Source: Macrostomum hystrix (lineage: Eukaryota > Animalia > Platyhelminthes). From it: 64,000 bases of DNA. The position numbers were made by a program, and so were the translations under genes. This document shows positions 63,900 through 64,000 of the stretch, in pieces (the first letter of the stretch is position 1; every line of letters begins with the position of its first letter). Below the pieces are notes generated by a model. That model was not told where the DNA came from. It saw only the letters and a program-made list of their open reading frames with translations, and made no database searches. The stretch is from the NCBI GenBank assembly GCA_950097015.1, contig CATNEN010000001.1:12400001-12464000 (forward strand). Direction: 5' to 3'.

Positions 63900-64000
63900 C
63901 AACGCATTTGAAAGCTGCGTACCGCTGTTCAGTCCATGGACTATTGAGACACTATACCCAACCTTAATTGCCCCAGCTGATGCTGGTACCAATTTACAGC
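63900..64000 (-). mobile_element. SINE family B 3' part (cut by window edge)
   Basis: GTTCAGTCCATGGAC...CCCAGCTGATGCTGGTACC is the reverse complement of the family B body. Confidence 0.6.

Overview
Eukaryotic (metazoan) genomic DNA with GT-AG introns, tRNA-derived SINEs and many intronic minisatellites; the style suggests a flatworm such as Macrostomum, but that is impression only. 1-29 kb is mostly mobile DNA: a decayed CMC/EnSpm DNA transposon (frameshifted transposase plus a DUF4806-like accessory gene) carrying two independent ~2.3-kb solo LTRs of one family in opposite orientation, a possible NOF/MULE-like fragment, satellites, and a head-to-head pair of C2H2 zinc-finger genes. 29-33 kb holds a 5-exon orphan type I membrane protein gene. 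35.7-46.4 kb holds a 16-exon CFAP251/WDR66 gene (~1188 aa). Three of its introns carry tandem arrays built from TCF/LEF-type ACATCAAAG sites, each paired with a GCCGC(C) Helper-like site. 50-62 kb holds four secreted PAN/apple-domain genes with different C-terminal modules (F-type lectin; mucin plus chitin-binding-like; mucin only; short tail), followed by a THAP relic. All gene models were spliced by eye and checked only for phase consistency; no database searches were run.
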